Of a stretch of DNA of 64,000 nt, positions 10,645 to 21,493 are shown piece by piece; the stretch's first letter is position 1, and each line of letters starts with the position of its first letter. Position numbers and translations under genes: made by a program. Below the pieces are notes generated by a model. It was given only the letters and a program-made list of their open reading frames with translations, was not told where the DNA came from and did no database searches. The stretch comes from Candidatus Borrarchaeum weybense (GTDB taxonomy: Archaea; Asgardarchaeota; Sifarchaeia; Borrarchaeales; Borrarchaeaceae): assembly GCA_019057385.1 (NCBI GenBank), contig JAHQJS010000004.1, forward strand, positions 256,001 through 320,000, written 5' to 3'.

Positions 10645-12690
10645 CTAACCATGGTTTATTTGATAAAGTAGGTAACTCCAGCCTTCCAGACTATTGGAAA
10701 TATTCAGTACTAACTCAAAGTGATAGAATTCAATCAAATAGTCCATTAACCTAGGAGTAGATTTTGGTTCATCTATCAGTAAAAACACATTTCTATCATG
10801 CTCTAAAAACCAATTGAGTATTTGTTTTAGTTCTTCTTCCTTTCCTTCTATACTTTGATACCATTGAGGGTGATATGTAATATATATTGTGTACCTTTCA
10901 GCATAAATTCGTAGTGGAGTTGTCAGTGCACCACAAAGGATTACTGAGTCTTCTTGCGTTGTATTTTTTATTTGACAGACTGCGTCAAGTTTACTCTTTG
11001 TGAGCCCCGAACTGCTGGTATTGAGCCATTCTCGATTCGGTAGTAATGGATGGTATCGTACTGTGATCGATAGCACACATAGTATCAAAATCATTGTCGT
11101 TAACCCCTTAGTTAAGTTTTTTTCATATGGAATCCCTTTTATGAATCGATAAATTTCCTGTAAGCCTTTTCCTGAGAATATTGCTAAAATAGGAAAAGCT
11201 GGGAGCATGAATCGTCCCACAGAGTATATATAGAAGGCATAAGGGGCAAAGGTTGCGATAATGCATCCTAGAAGAAATAGCGCTCTCTTCTGATTTTTTT
11301 TGAAAAACACGTAGAACCCAATAAAAGCTATTGGTATAAACACTCCAAAATTCCATACGATCTCTTGTGCATATATGATAATCTGTTGGACTAATCTCTG
11401 TAGAGCAAACTCATAATATATCGAAAGAATCCAACTTTGACTTTTTAGAGGAGTACCGAAAAGTAAATTGTTGTATATAAGTGCAGGGCTTGCTACAGTG
11501 ACTATAGTTCCAAAATAAATATACAGTCTAGCATCAGTAATGATTTGCGGTTTTTCTACAACTATTAATAATATTACGGGAATAACTATAAGGATGTTTG
11601 TTGGACGCGTTAGAATAGCATATCCAAAACTAGCGCCAGAAAAAAGGAAAAAACGTATACCATTATTCTTCTTTTGTTTTAGAAGACAAAAAATTGACAA
11701 GATTATACAAAATTCAGAAATTATATCGCTTAAAGTAAAGCCACAAAGAATTAGATGTATAGGATTAAAGGCGAGAGCCGAGACAGAGATTGCTGCTATC
11801 TGATTTCGCTTTATATCATTTTTAAAGATTTCTTTTGCACAAAAGTATGTTACAAGATTAGTCAAAAATCCAAAAACCACATTCACATAAAGTGCTGCGT
11901 TTTTTCCAAATAATATAATACTTAATGCAAAAACTAGCGGTGCTCCAATGGATTTGTCAGCATATACCTTTCCTGTTGTTCGATCATATACATAAGTATT
12001 CGGGATTGTTAAGAAGTTTAGATCGGACTTTCCATTCAATAATTCATTCATCAAAGGTATGAGCGGATCCTCATAGTAAAATGACGAGAGTGTGGGATTT
12101 TCTGAAAATCGTACTGCCATAAAATAGAACGTTGCGGCGTCTGCCCCGCTTACACCAGCTGGAACTATCAAAATATACTCCAAAGCACTTGTTAACAGGA
12201 TTATTATAACAAAAAGCATGGGTAGCTTTGATTCTATTTTCTCTTTTTTACAAAATAAGCCACTAAGTTGAATACTGCAAAATAGCGTCCATAAGGAAAT
12301 CAAGAAGAGAATAGATAATGTTGTACGAATGAAATTGCCTAAAAGTAGATAGAAGATTATTGAAAGTGGTAGCAATACAACAGGTAAAGATGCAAAGATG
12401 AATATCCGAAATCTGTGCGTAACTATTTGTATCCTACTTTTTTGAGCAATAATCCATGTTACAAAAGCGAAGCCAAAAGAAATCATTATTGGGATCAATG
12501 ATAGAAGTCCAAATATGTTAACAAGGTGAATCTCTGCTACAAAGAGATAAAAAAACAGATAGGTTAATAATATGATACTAATTTCTAATACGGCGATTTT
12601 TGCAAACTCACCTGGTTTTTCTTCTGTTAATGAGTCATATGATTTCTTATCAAGCAAGAAAACGCCAATTATGGTGTCTATTAGACCCAT
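10645..12690 (-). CDS. GT-C (ArnT/PMT-like) membrane glycosyltransferase with N-terminal Yip1-like TM module
   Basis: ATG at 12690 preferred over 12717. Luminal acidic loop (GADAATFY), LSD, TRP and GRFMLP patterns of the PMT_2/ArnT family; soluble C-terminal domain (NTTQEDSVIL). Confidence 0.72.
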   Translation of the reverse strand: MGLIDTIIGVFLLDKKSYDSLTEEKPGEFAKIAVLEISIILLTYLFFYLFVAEIHLVNIFGLLSLIPIMISFGFAFVTWIIAQKSRIQIVTHRFRIFIFASLPVVLLPLSIIFYLLLGNFIRTTLSILFLISLWTLFCSIQLSGLFCKKEKIESKLPMLFVIIILLTSALEYILIVPAGVSGADAATFYFMAVRFSENPTLSSFYYEDPLIPLMNELLNGKSDLNFLTIPNTYVYDRTTGKVYADKSIGAPLVFALSIILFGKNAALYVNVVFGFLTNLVTYFCAKEIFKNDIKRNQIAAISVSALAFNPIHLILCGFTLSDIISEFCIILSIFCLLKQKKNNGIRFFLFSGASFGYAILTRPTNILIVIPVILLIVVEKPQIITDARLYIYFGTIVTVASPALIYNNLLFGTPLKSQSWILSIYYEFALQRLVQQIIIYAQEIVWNFGVFIPIAFIGFYVFFKKNQKRALFLLGCIIATFAPYAFYIYSVGRFMLPAFPILAIFSGKGLQEIYRFIKGIPYEKNLTKGLTTMILILCVLSITVRYHPLLPNREWLNTSSSGLTKSKLDAVCQIKNTTQEDSVILCGALTTPLRIYAERYTIYITYHPQWYQSIEGKEEELKQILNWFLEHDRNVFLLIDEPKSTPRLMDYLIEFYHFELVLNISNSLEGWSYLLYQINHG

Positions 12691-12755
12691 TCGTCTTACA
12701 CCGTTAATTCGCTGCAATAATAATACTGTAATTTGTGTTAATCTTCTTCTAAAAA

Positions 12756-13925
12756 CTACATGATTTGGGAATACACTTTTTCATAAGCGCTGGCTATTAC
12801 TTCCCAATCGTATTCTTTCTCAATTCTATGTCTTGCATTGAATCCTAATTCTTCGGCCAAATTATGATCGGTGAGTAACGCTATCATTCGTGCCGCTAAT
12901 TGCCTAATGTCCCCAGGTTGAACTAAATATCCTGTTCTTTCATCAATTATTAAGTCCTTTGGCCCACCTATATTTGTAGCTATTGCTGGTTTTCCACATG
13001 CCAAGGCTTCTACCAACGCCCGACCAAAAGGTTCTCTCAGACTCGGAAGGACGAAAATATCGCAACTGCTATAAACGGTGATCATTTTATTATTTGGAAT
13101 TGGGTCAGTATGAAATTTTATGGAATCTTCTATCCCCAAATGACTTGCTAAGTTTTTTAAAGGCAGATGTAGCGATCCTTTTCCCAAAATTACCAGTTTT
13201 GCTGAGGGTACCTTCTTTGTTACATACTTCATTGCCTTTATCAAATTTGGTAATCCTTTATTTGGGTGAAGCCGAGCAACTGTCAAAATAAGTGGTGAAT
13301 TTTCATACCCTAAAGTTTGCTTGAATGTGGTATCATCTTTTGGATAAAACTCTTTAATATCAACACCCGCTGGTATAACTTTAATTTTTTCAGCCAGCGC
13401 TTTATTTGTTACTAAGAATTCTTTGGCAGCTGTAGATCTAGCAACTATAGCATCAGCACTCCTCTGAACTATTTTGCATATACTTTTTTCGTAAAGTTGA
13501 TAAACTTGTTTCCAAGGAGATCTCGGGTAGTAGTAGCGTTCCTGTGTATACATAAATGGGATTCCTTTAACTTTACAACTTAGCATTGCAAACAATGTGA
13601 CCGGTTGAAAGTCTTCATGAGCATGCACTAAATCATAATCAGATTCAAGGATCTCGGGAATAATGGTTGGAACAAAGGGCTGTTCTGGGAAATCAGATAG
13701 TGTAGGTAAATAGATTACTTTAAAACCATCAACGGTTTGTTCCTTTCTTGTTCCAAGCCCAAAATACTTCTCTTTGCTAAAGAACTTCCTCATTCGTCTA
13801 TTAGAAGTCAAAATGGTAACTTGGTGTCTTTTTGAGAGGGTTTCGGCTAAACCGTACTCATGTTGCTTAAAAAAGGTCGTGAAGTAAGGACTAATTACGG
13901 CAATTTTCAATATAGTCTCACTCAA
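12756..13925 (-). CDS. GT4 glycosyltransferase
   Basis: TVARLHPNKG, EPFGRALVEALACGKP. Confidence 0.93.
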   Translation of the reverse strand: MSETILKIAVISPYFTTFFKQHEYGLAETLSKRHQVTILTSNRRMRKFFSKEKYFGLGTRKEQTVDGFKVIYLPTLSDFPEQPFVPTIIPEILESDYDLVHAHEDFQPVTLFAMLSCKVKGIPFMYTQERYYYPRSPWKQVYQLYEKSICKIVQRSADAIVARSTAAKEFLVTNKALAEKIKVIPAGVDIKEFYPKDDTTFKQTLGYENSPLILTVARLHPNKGLPNLIKAMKYVTKKVPSAKLVILGKGSLHLPLKNLASHLGIEDSIKFHTDPIPNNKMITVYSSCDIFVLPSLREPFGRALVEALACGKPAIATNIGGPKDLIIDERTGYLVQPGDIRQLAARMIALLTDHNLAEELGFNARHRIEKEYDWEVIASAYEKVYSQIM

Positions 13926-13995
13926 TTGAGTTTCTAAGATTTTATGATTGGTTGAATATGGTTTTCTTTTTAAAAATATTATTTCCTAAAATGAG

Positions 13996-15240
13996 TTATA
14001 TAATCAAAGCGCTTCTTAATATCAGTTCGATCTTTTTTGTAACGCCTTTCCATGTATATTTCTTTTCAACTTCTTTTCTGGCATTAATTCCTATTTTTTT
14101 AGATAGTTTACGGTTTTCCAAAAGGAAAAGTATTGCATTGGCTAAATCTTCTATGTTTCCTGGCTCAAATAAACATCCAGTTGCTTTATCCCTAATAATT
14201 GTAGGGATACTTCCACACGAAGATGTGACTATGGGTTTCCCACATGCCATATATTCGAAGAGCTTGATTGGTGAATAGAAAAAGCCAAATTTTCGTGTTT
14301 CTGCATAAGCTGATGGATTGTACGGAGCAGCCAGTATATCACATGCATTTAAATAACTAGGAACCTCGTTATATGGAATTAAGTCAGTAAAAATAAAGTA
14401 GTTCTCTAAATTCATTTTATGTACCATAGGTAAAACTCTTTCAGATGAATTAGGTCCTATCATCAAAAATCTAACTTGATCAGTTTTTGAAATTACCTTT
14501 TTGCTTGCTTTTACTAAGTCCAGGACACCATGCCATTCCGCAAAGCAGCCTGCATAACCTACTATTGAAAGGTTCTCAAGGCCATATTTTCTTCGAATTC
14601 TTGTTCCATCTATTTCTGGAGTGAACATCTCAATATTTGCAGCAGCGGTGACAAGTTCTGTCTTATTAAGATATTTCTTTGGAAGGATATCATAAGAGTA
14701 CGCAATAATTTTCCTTGCTATTTTTAAGGAAATTTCTTTAAAATTTGTCCCTATTATTTCTGATACCATTGCGCGGCTGCTAAAAACACTTGCGATCGTT
14801 CCTGCACCTAAGGAAGACCCACGTTCAAGAATAACATCAATTTTATATTTTTTAGCAATTTTAGCAATGATAATTGCAAAGTAAAGAGGAAACACATACT
14901 TTAAATATAGCATATAGAGTTTTATGAGGATTGAGCGGAATACTGATTGTTTTTGAACGATTTTCTCTACCATCATATCTTCAAAATCTGAACGTGGCTT
15001 AATGGGGAACACAATGCCTCTGTAATATCTATGAACGAATAGATTACCTATTTTTGCAAATTTTCTCTCTGTCTTTGAGAGCCGTCGGCATATTACATGA
15101 ACTTCATTTCCCAAATTGACTAAATTTTTGGCTATTTCTATCGTATGTGTGCTAGATCCTCTAAAAAGCTGAGGCGCAACATCAAGAGCAACATACGCTA
15201 TTTTCATAGATTTCTTCTTTTCTATAGCCACTGAAGACAC
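13996..15240 (-). CDS. GT4 glycosyltransferase
   Basis: YAG.F..WHG, SPIKLFEYMACGKP; start may be the ATG of MKIAYV. Confidence 0.92.
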   Translation of the reverse strand: MSSVAIEKKKSMKIAYVALDVAPQLFRGSSTHTIEIAKNLVNLGNEVHVICRRLSKTERKFAKIGNLFVHRYYRGIVFPIKPRSDFEDMMVEKIVQKQSVFRSILIKLYMLYLKYVFPLYFAIIIAKIAKKYKIDVILERGSSLGAGTIASVFSSRAMVSEIIGTNFKEISLKIARKIIAYSYDILPKKYLNKTELVTAAANIEMFTPEIDGTRIRRKYGLENLSIVGYAGCFAEWHGVLDLVKASKKVISKTDQVRFLMIGPNSSERVLPMVHKMNLENYFIFTDLIPYNEVPSYLNACDILAAPYNPSAYAETRKFGFFYSPIKLFEYMACGKPIVTSSCGSIPTIIRDKATGCLFEPGNIEDLANAILFLLENRKLSKKIGINARKEVEKKYTWKGVTKKIELILRSALII

Positions 15241-15372
15241 CCAAGATTGGAATCATATGATGCAATCGTGGTTATGATTTTAAAGGTTCATGCGATACTA
15301 TGCTGGACAAAGTTAGAAAGTATGAAATTTATTTCAATTTGATAAGTATCTTTTTATGGATGCGAGTAAACG

Positions 15373-17394
15373 TTGAGAAATGAGTTTTCAGTAGCAAAAT
15401 CCCTTATTATGAAAGCGTGGGATACTGAAAGATACCTTTTTTTGGCGGTAATTCTTACTAATCTCTTCATTCTTTTTCCAGATTTTGTTCGCATTCCTTC
15501 TTACTTATTCTTGTTTAACATTGTACCGGGTTGGATATTTCTCAAATTTTACTTACGTATTAAAATTGACAATATTCGAATGGCAATTCTTTCCTTTTCA
15601 TTAAGTATTATAATTGGCTCACTTCTTTTTCTTATCCAAGCTATAATACTCGGCTACCTCTCTCCTCTCTTTAGTTTATTCTTCTTTGATATATTTCTTC
15701 TATTAGGAATATTTTTATCACAATATCGAGAAAATTATGCCTACAAAGGACTTCCTATTTCTAAGCATTCTTTATTGTTTTTACTCGCCCTAAGTGCTTT
15801 TAATTTGATCGCACACAGCGTATATTTGCTCACGATCATAGTTTTCTTTCCAGATAGTATCATTTTCGTTAGTAATCCCAGCGATTATTTCATGTATATT
15901 AGTTTCATCGAAGAATCACGAAAAGCTATGCCTCCCCAATGGCCAGAGTATTCTGGTACTCCACTCACCTATCCATGGCTTTTCATCATATTTTATTCTG
16001 GTATTTGCGAGTTAACAACATTAAATTCGTTTTTTCTCGCGATTATAATGAATGGGATCTTGAGTACAGCACTAGGTTTGTTGATTTTTATCTTCTGCAA
16101 TGATAATTTCAAAAATGAGCTTATCGGTGTGATTTCAGCATTTTTCTTTTCTTTTGGTACAGAAGCTACGTGGCTTCTTCAGTTGATGCGGGGCACTCCT
16201 CCACTTTGGAACTATTTACCTCCACAAATTCCAAGTCCAGGAATTGCTTTTTGTTCGTCATTAGGAATAGATCAGTTTATGAAGGGGTTCATGCACACAC
16301 CAGCTTATATAATTGCGATACTTTCGTTGTTTTTCTTAAACAAGTTTGTTGAGGAACGAAAGAGGAGGTTTCTCGGCACTTCAATTCTTCTATTTGTGAT
16401 GTTCCCCTTCTATCATACGCTCATCTATGCTGTTATCCTCATTGTACTCTTAATGTTCGGAATTTTTCTTCTTTTATGGCGTGATTGGAGAAACGCAGTT
16501 CTGGTATTTTCAATTAGTATAGTGTCCGCCCTCCCACTTTATCTTTATTGGCAGTTCTTCGCACCTTATTTAATTGAAATTGGCACTTCAAAGCCCGGAA
16601 GATTCATAGGACTTAAATTTCTTTATGGAGCCTTCGTCCCTGTGCAATCACTCGCTGCTCTCCTTTCGTATATCGGTTTTGCGATTATTCTCACTATCAT
16701 TGGCTTTGTGTTTTCAATAAAGAGTACTCGCTTCTTGGATCGTTTTCTAGGGTTATGGCTAATTGTAATTACTTTCCTAATTTTTTTCACCGACTTCAGG
16801 GTCGGCAATTTCTATTACTACTGGACGTTTTCAATTCCTGCCATTTTTTATGCCGGAAAGGGTTTAACGAAGATATTTTCGTATAAACTATTTACAGATA
16901 AATGGAAGAAGTATGGGATTCTTCTATTTTTCTTCATGGTTTGCATAATCCCAACAATCCAATTGTTCAGCGCAGCTGTTAATTCTCCCGTATACATGAC
17001 ACTCCAACAAGATGAACTTGAGGCATATAGCTGGATTAGAGAGAACACACCAGAAGAATCAGTATTTCTTGTCGCTCCCTCTAACGGAAGTTATCCTCCC
17101 AGTCCTATAACCTCTTTTAGTGGACGAAGGATTGTTTTAGGGAATGAGTTTCATGTTGAACCGTATAAATTAAATTATGAACGGCGATACCAAGATGTTC
17201 GTGTTATGTACACTTCCCCAGATATTAGTGAAGCAATAAATCTAATGAATGACTTTGATGTGGATTATATCTTCGTTTCAATAAGGGAATATGAAAGTTT
17301 TGGAAAAGAGAATTTAATAAAATTCGCAGAGTATCCCCAATATTTTACACCAGTCTTTAATAATGGTTATTGCGACATATATTCATTATCTTAG
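15373..17394 (+). CDS. Polytopic GT-C-like membrane protein with C-terminal soluble (AglB-core-like) domain
   Basis: More than 12 hydrophobic segments; SDYFMY...YSGTPLTYPW loop; AYSWIRENTPEESVFL, SGRRIVLG, DVDYIFV. Confidence 0.72.
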   Translation: MRNEFSVAKSLIMKAWDTERYLFLAVILTNLFILFPDFVRIPSYLFLFNIVPGWIFLKFYLRIKIDNIRMAILSFSLSIIIGSLLFLIQAIILGYLSPLFSLFFFDIFLLLGIFLSQYRENYAYKGLPISKHSLLFLLALSAFNLIAHSVYLLTIIVFFPDSIIFVSNPSDYFMYISFIEESRKAMPPQWPEYSGTPLTYPWLFIIFYSGICELTTLNSFFLAIIMNGILSTALGLLIFIFCNDNFKNELIGVISAFFFSFGTEATWLLQLMRGTPPLWNYLPPQIPSPGIAFCSSLGIDQFMKGFMHTPAYIIAILSLFFLNKFVEERKRRFLGTSILLFVMFPFYHTLIYAVILIVLLMFGIFLLLWRDWRNAVLVFSISIVSALPLYLYWQFFAPYLIEIGTSKPGRFIGLKFLYGAFVPVQSLAALLSYIGFAIILTIIGFVFSIKSTRFLDRFLGLWLIVITFLIFFTDFRVGNFYYYWTFSIPAIFYAGKGLTKIFSYKLFTDKWKKYGILLFFFMVCIIPTIQLFSAAVNSPVYMTLQQDELEAYSWIRENTPEESVFLVAPSNGSYPPSPITSFSGRRIVLGNEFHVEPYKLNYERRYQDVRVMYTSPDISEAINLMNDFDVDYIFVSIREYESFGKENLIKFAEYPQYFTPVFNNGYCDIYSLS

Positions 17395-17492
17395 CTCTTT
17401 TAATGCAGAAGTTTTGGTATGGAGATAAAAAAATTAAAATGTCAACTTTTCAGCTTTTTGCACGATTTCGACGAATTTGATACTTAAAACAG

Positions 17493-19868
17493 CTAAATCA
17501 TTCTCAGACTATAAACTGTAAATCTATCATTTTTATACCCAAGACTAAGCATTGGATCTGCTTCAAGTCTTGCTTCACACCCAGAGTATAATCCTCTTTC
17601 ATAAGGACCTACGACAACATAACTTCCCTTTCCTTTCTGAAGCAATTCAAGTCGTAAAGTTGTGTTCTGCGTATTGTAAATTGCTCTTGCATCTTGATTC
17701 TTTAATATTGCATGTGCTCTTCCTGAGACTAATGATATTCGTAGATAGACATAGTAATCTTGATCAAGAAGCCAAGTTCCACTAACGGTAGTTAACTCTG
17801 TATAAAAGACAAATCGGCTCGTTATTGGCGTGTTTTCGCGAAACCAATTACCAACCGCTGCTTCTTCTGGGCTTAGATATGTCCATTGGGTATGTCCTAC
17901 AGTAGGCCAAAAACCGTCATGTGCCCATAAAAACCTTGGATACCAGTGTTGTGAGAGATGTTTCTCATAACTATCAAACCGTGTTCTAACATTAGGTACA
18001 AATGGATTTGGCATTATAATGAATAAAATGAAAAGAAAAATAGCTACATGCATTTTTTTAATGTTGAATCTGGACAAATAGCTGAAAATGGGCTGAAAGA
18101 TGTTTATATCATCCAACCTTCTATAGACTTCAAGAATGAATTCAGCAGATAGAAAGCAGAGAAATACAGGTAAAAAATATTCATAGGATTTTGCAATTAG
18201 GTTTCGATATAGTGGAGGCAATAGCGCATCCCAATCAGCATGTAAACGTAGTGCAGTAAAGATTAGGGATTGCGGAATAATTACTGGTAGCATCTGTGTT
18301 ATAAAAACCACAGGCAAGATCGTTAGAACTAATATGCGATAAAAATTCATTTTTTCAGAAAAAAAGGACACGATTATTATGACGAAGGCAAAAGCCTCCA
18401 AAAAAACGTATGTATTTAGTACATACAGAAGATCTCCGGTGTAAAATGGTTCAATAAATGGTGTTGCCAGTATTCTTAAGATAATAATTATGAGATAGAT
18501 CCCAATCAGTATACTCGCAGGATATCTATACTTCTTCAGTTGATCAAGCGGTTTTTTAATTTCAGCAAGATGTCCGATGAGCACTAAACCTAAGAAAATT
18601 AGAACAGTTAAAAAAACTACTGCGATGGGTAACACTAAACTTCCTTTGTGAGTACTGGTTCCTAGGATAAACATCCAAATAAGATAAGGAAGCGCAAATA
18701 TCCACCCAATGACTAGGCACCATGATGTTATCTTCATATAACGGTAACTTTTCGTGATAAATGCAAATATGTAAACCCCAAGTAGAAGGATTAATGATAG
18801 AATACCAGTTGTTAAATGAGTAATAATGATTGCACCAAGCGATATGCCGCCTAAAACTAGAAACATCTTATTATTATTTTTATTTCGCTCATAAGCAACG
18901 ATTGCAATTAATAAACTCATTACAAAGATATAAACAAAGCAAGTAGATCGTGCATCCATTATTCTATTATTTACTTGTGTGAAGAGAAAAAACGCGGATG
19001 CTATCATTCCGGTTTTTGTATTCCTAAGCTTCCTGCCAGCGGTAAAAACCGTTAATGGGATAAAAAATGATAATATTATACCAGATACACCTGCAACCTC
19101 AACACAAAGTACGTTTGTAAAGAATGTCGCTACAATTATCGTTACCATAGCAAGAACAGCAACTCCTAAAGGGAAGACAGATGTATTATTCAAAAACCCT
19201 GATGGAGCCGCGTCAAGTGGAGAGTAAAAGCCACTTACAACTAATCTTTCAGCAGGTTCGATAAGAAATAAGAAATGATCATCATTCATTGCCCAAGGAT
19301 TTGTCAAATGTAATATTAGACTAGGGATCAAATTCAAGATTAGAATAACGACTAAGAGACCATAGACTAACTGATTACTCCAGATTTCTGACATGAATGC
19401 TTTCCATTCTCTAATTAAAATAGAATATCGCTTCTTAACGAATAGTACTATAGTCCAGAATAATGCAAATGCCCAGATTAAAGGAGCAATTATGATACTA
19501 AACGGACCAAGGGCTACCATTAGATATGTTAAGAGCATTGATCCAATCAGAACAGCATATATCAGTCTCTCTAAAAAGAATTTAGCCTCTCTAATAATGA
19601 AAGTAGAAATTACAAAACCTGGAATAATGAGTAACAGTAGATATGCCACAAATGATAATACTAACAGGCCAATTTGACGTGGTGCCCAAATTAGCAAGTT
19701 ATTAAAGATTACAATACTAACTTCAGCATAGTTTTCAATTTTCACTCTTGCGAAAGAGAGTATAAAGAGAATTAAAAGTGAAATGCTTGTCCACATAAAG
19801 ATATTTCGAAAAAAACTAACTCTTTCTTTTGTAAAGAACTCTATCACATCCTTGCAACTCTTCAACAT
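17493..19868 (-). CDS. Polytopic GT-C-like membrane protein with C-terminal soluble domain
   Basis: MNDDH loop, many TM segments, WFRENTPITSRF, VSGRAH, YVVVGPYE. Confidence 0.7.
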   Translation of the reverse strand: MLKSCKDVIEFFTKERVSFFRNIFMWTSISLLILFILSFARVKIENYAEVSIVIFNNLLIWAPRQIGLLVLSFVAYLLLLIIPGFVISTFIIREAKFFLERLIYAVLIGSMLLTYLMVALGPFSIIIAPLIWAFALFWTIVLFVKKRYSILIREWKAFMSEIWSNQLVYGLLVVILILNLIPSLILHLTNPWAMNDDHFLFLIEPAERLVVSGFYSPLDAAPSGFLNNTSVFPLGVAVLAMVTIIVATFFTNVLCVEVAGVSGIILSFFIPLTVFTAGRKLRNTKTGMIASAFFLFTQVNNRIMDARSTCFVYIFVMSLLIAIVAYERNKNNNKMFLVLGGISLGAIIITHLTTGILSLILLLGVYIFAFITKSYRYMKITSWCLVIGWIFALPYLIWMFILGTSTHKGSLVLPIAVVFLTVLIFLGLVLIGHLAEIKKPLDQLKKYRYPASILIGIYLIIIILRILATPFIEPFYTGDLLYVLNTYVFLEAFAFVIIIVSFFSEKMNFYRILVLTILPVVFITQMLPVIIPQSLIFTALRLHADWDALLPPLYRNLIAKSYEYFLPVFLCFLSAEFILEVYRRLDDINIFQPIFSYLSRFNIKKMHVAIFLFILFIIMPNPFVPNVRTRFDSYEKHLSQHWYPRFLWAHDGFWPTVGHTQWTYLSPEEAAVGNWFRENTPITSRFVFYTELTTVSGTWLLDQDYYVYLRISLVSGRAHAILKNQDARAIYNTQNTTLRLELLQKGKGSYVVVGPYERGLYSGCEARLEADPMLSLGYKNDRFTVYSLRMI

Positions 19869-19997
19869 GTATTATACTCTGATTAATATGTGAAAACATA
19901 TTTTCTGCAAGGTAATGTGACTTCAACACTGCATTAACTTTATATTTTTTCCGTCGTTGCTGTGATGATATTGATAACCAATGAGTGAGATTGTTTC

Positions 19998-21476
19998 TTG
20001 AAAGTTAGTGAGAGTATGATCTACAACAAAATTATCTCTAGGCTTATCAGTCCTGAAAAACTAATTCTTTACGTCATCCTAATTCTTGCTGTGATTCTTA
20101 GGATCAGCCAAGTCGGGTGGTATGACAAAGACGCTGTAATATATGCGCTAATATCCCGTCGAATCGTAATTGAAGGATTTAGCAGTTTTTTCGAGAGAAA
20201 TGGCTATTGGACATCAATTGATTATAGATTCGGTGATCATCCACCGCTCTTTTTTCTGCTTGTATCATTCTCATTTTTGGTTCTTGGAATGGATTATATT
20301 AATGGATGCATCGTTTCATTAATAGCAGGAATCTTTGCTGTTTTACTTGTTTATGTTCTAGCAGTAGAATTATATGATAAAAAAGTAGGTCTTCTTAGTT
20401 CCTTTCTTACTGCAATTTTGCCTTGGCATGTATTCTTCAGTTCAATTATTCTTGTTGATATGTTAGGATCAACATTGATTCTTCTGACTATGCTGCTTTT
20501 CTTCTACGCCTACAAAAGAGGAAGTTTATCAGTATATATTCTTATGGGTGTTTCTCTTGGAATAAGCCTTCTTACAAAATATTATGCTATAATGGTTCCT
20601 CTAATTATCGTATCTTTTCTGTTTTTATCAAATAGAGAGTTATTATTGAATAAACATTTATGGTTGGCTTTTGGCATCGCGGGAGTTATTTTTGCTCCTT
20701 GGTTATTCTTTGTTGGATTATATCCACTTCGGCATTATGCTTTTACGATAACTCTTAGAGAAAAGGTACCTAATCCTAACCCATTCTTTGTACTAACGTT
20801 TCTATTTGCAGAGTTGACCTTTCCTCTATTCATGTTCTTTGTAATGGGGTTTCTTATGGCACTTTTTAGATCATACAGATTAAAAGGAAAACTTAAAGCA
20901 GATCTTCTCTTGCTAATATGGATTATTGTACCTGCCCTCGTATATACTTATGGAGCAATAGTTAATGATCTGTTGCATCCCTATTGGAATATTTCTGGAT
21001 ATTTATTGCTTACAGTTCCTGCAATTGCAATATTAGCAAGCAATAGTTTTTTTGATGTGTATTCTCATTTGAGAACTTCAATTTCAAAAATGAAAGCTAA
21101 AATTGTAACAATTAATTTTATCCTGCTTATTATAATATCTCTATCGATTTTAATGTGGGGGCGTACAACTGTGGGTGCATTTCGTTTTAACGGATTTTTT
21201 CCTTTTTATGATTATCACGATACAATAGGCGAGGTGACTGTATATATCGAAGAAAACATTTCTGAAGGTGTAACTCTTACTTCCCCTCTCTCGTCAGATT
21301 TGTTTCTGATAAGATTCTACTTAGGTTCAAGCTACAACATTATAAAGTCTGAAGATATATCTCAAAATGAGAGTTATTACTTAATCGCCCGTTTTACGAC
21401 AGATGGGCATCTCCTCAAAGTATTTGAAAGCAAAACACATCCCAACTTTGCTTTCTATTTGTATTATATCTCTTAA
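19998..21476 (+). CDS. ArnT/PMT family (GT39/GT83-like) glycosyltransferase
   Basis: DAVIY...DHPPLF, LVD, LTKY, PW motifs. Confidence 0.85.
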   Translation: MKVSESMIYNKIISRLISPEKLILYVILILAVILRISQVGWYDKDAVIYALISRRIVIEGFSSFFERNGYWTSIDYRFGDHPPLFFLLVSFSFLVLGMDYINGCIVSLIAGIFAVLLVYVLAVELYDKKVGLLSSFLTAILPWHVFFSSIILVDMLGSTLILLTMLLFFYAYKRGSLSVYILMGVSLGISLLTKYYAIMVPLIIVSFLFLSNRELLLNKHLWLAFGIAGVIFAPWLFFVGLYPLRHYAFTITLREKVPNPNPFFVLTFLFAELTFPLFMFFVMGFLMALFRSYRLKGKLKADLLLLIWIIVPALVYTYGAIVNDLLHPYWNISGYLLLTVPAIAILASNSFFDVYSHLRTSISKMKAKIVTINFILLIIISLSILMWGRTTVGAFRFNGFFPFYDYHDTIGEVTVYIEENISEGVTLTSPLSSDLFLIRFYLGSSYNIIKSEDISQNESYYLIARFTTDGHLLKVFESKTHPNFAFYLYYIS

Positions 21477-21493
21477 ATGGAGGATTACTCTCT

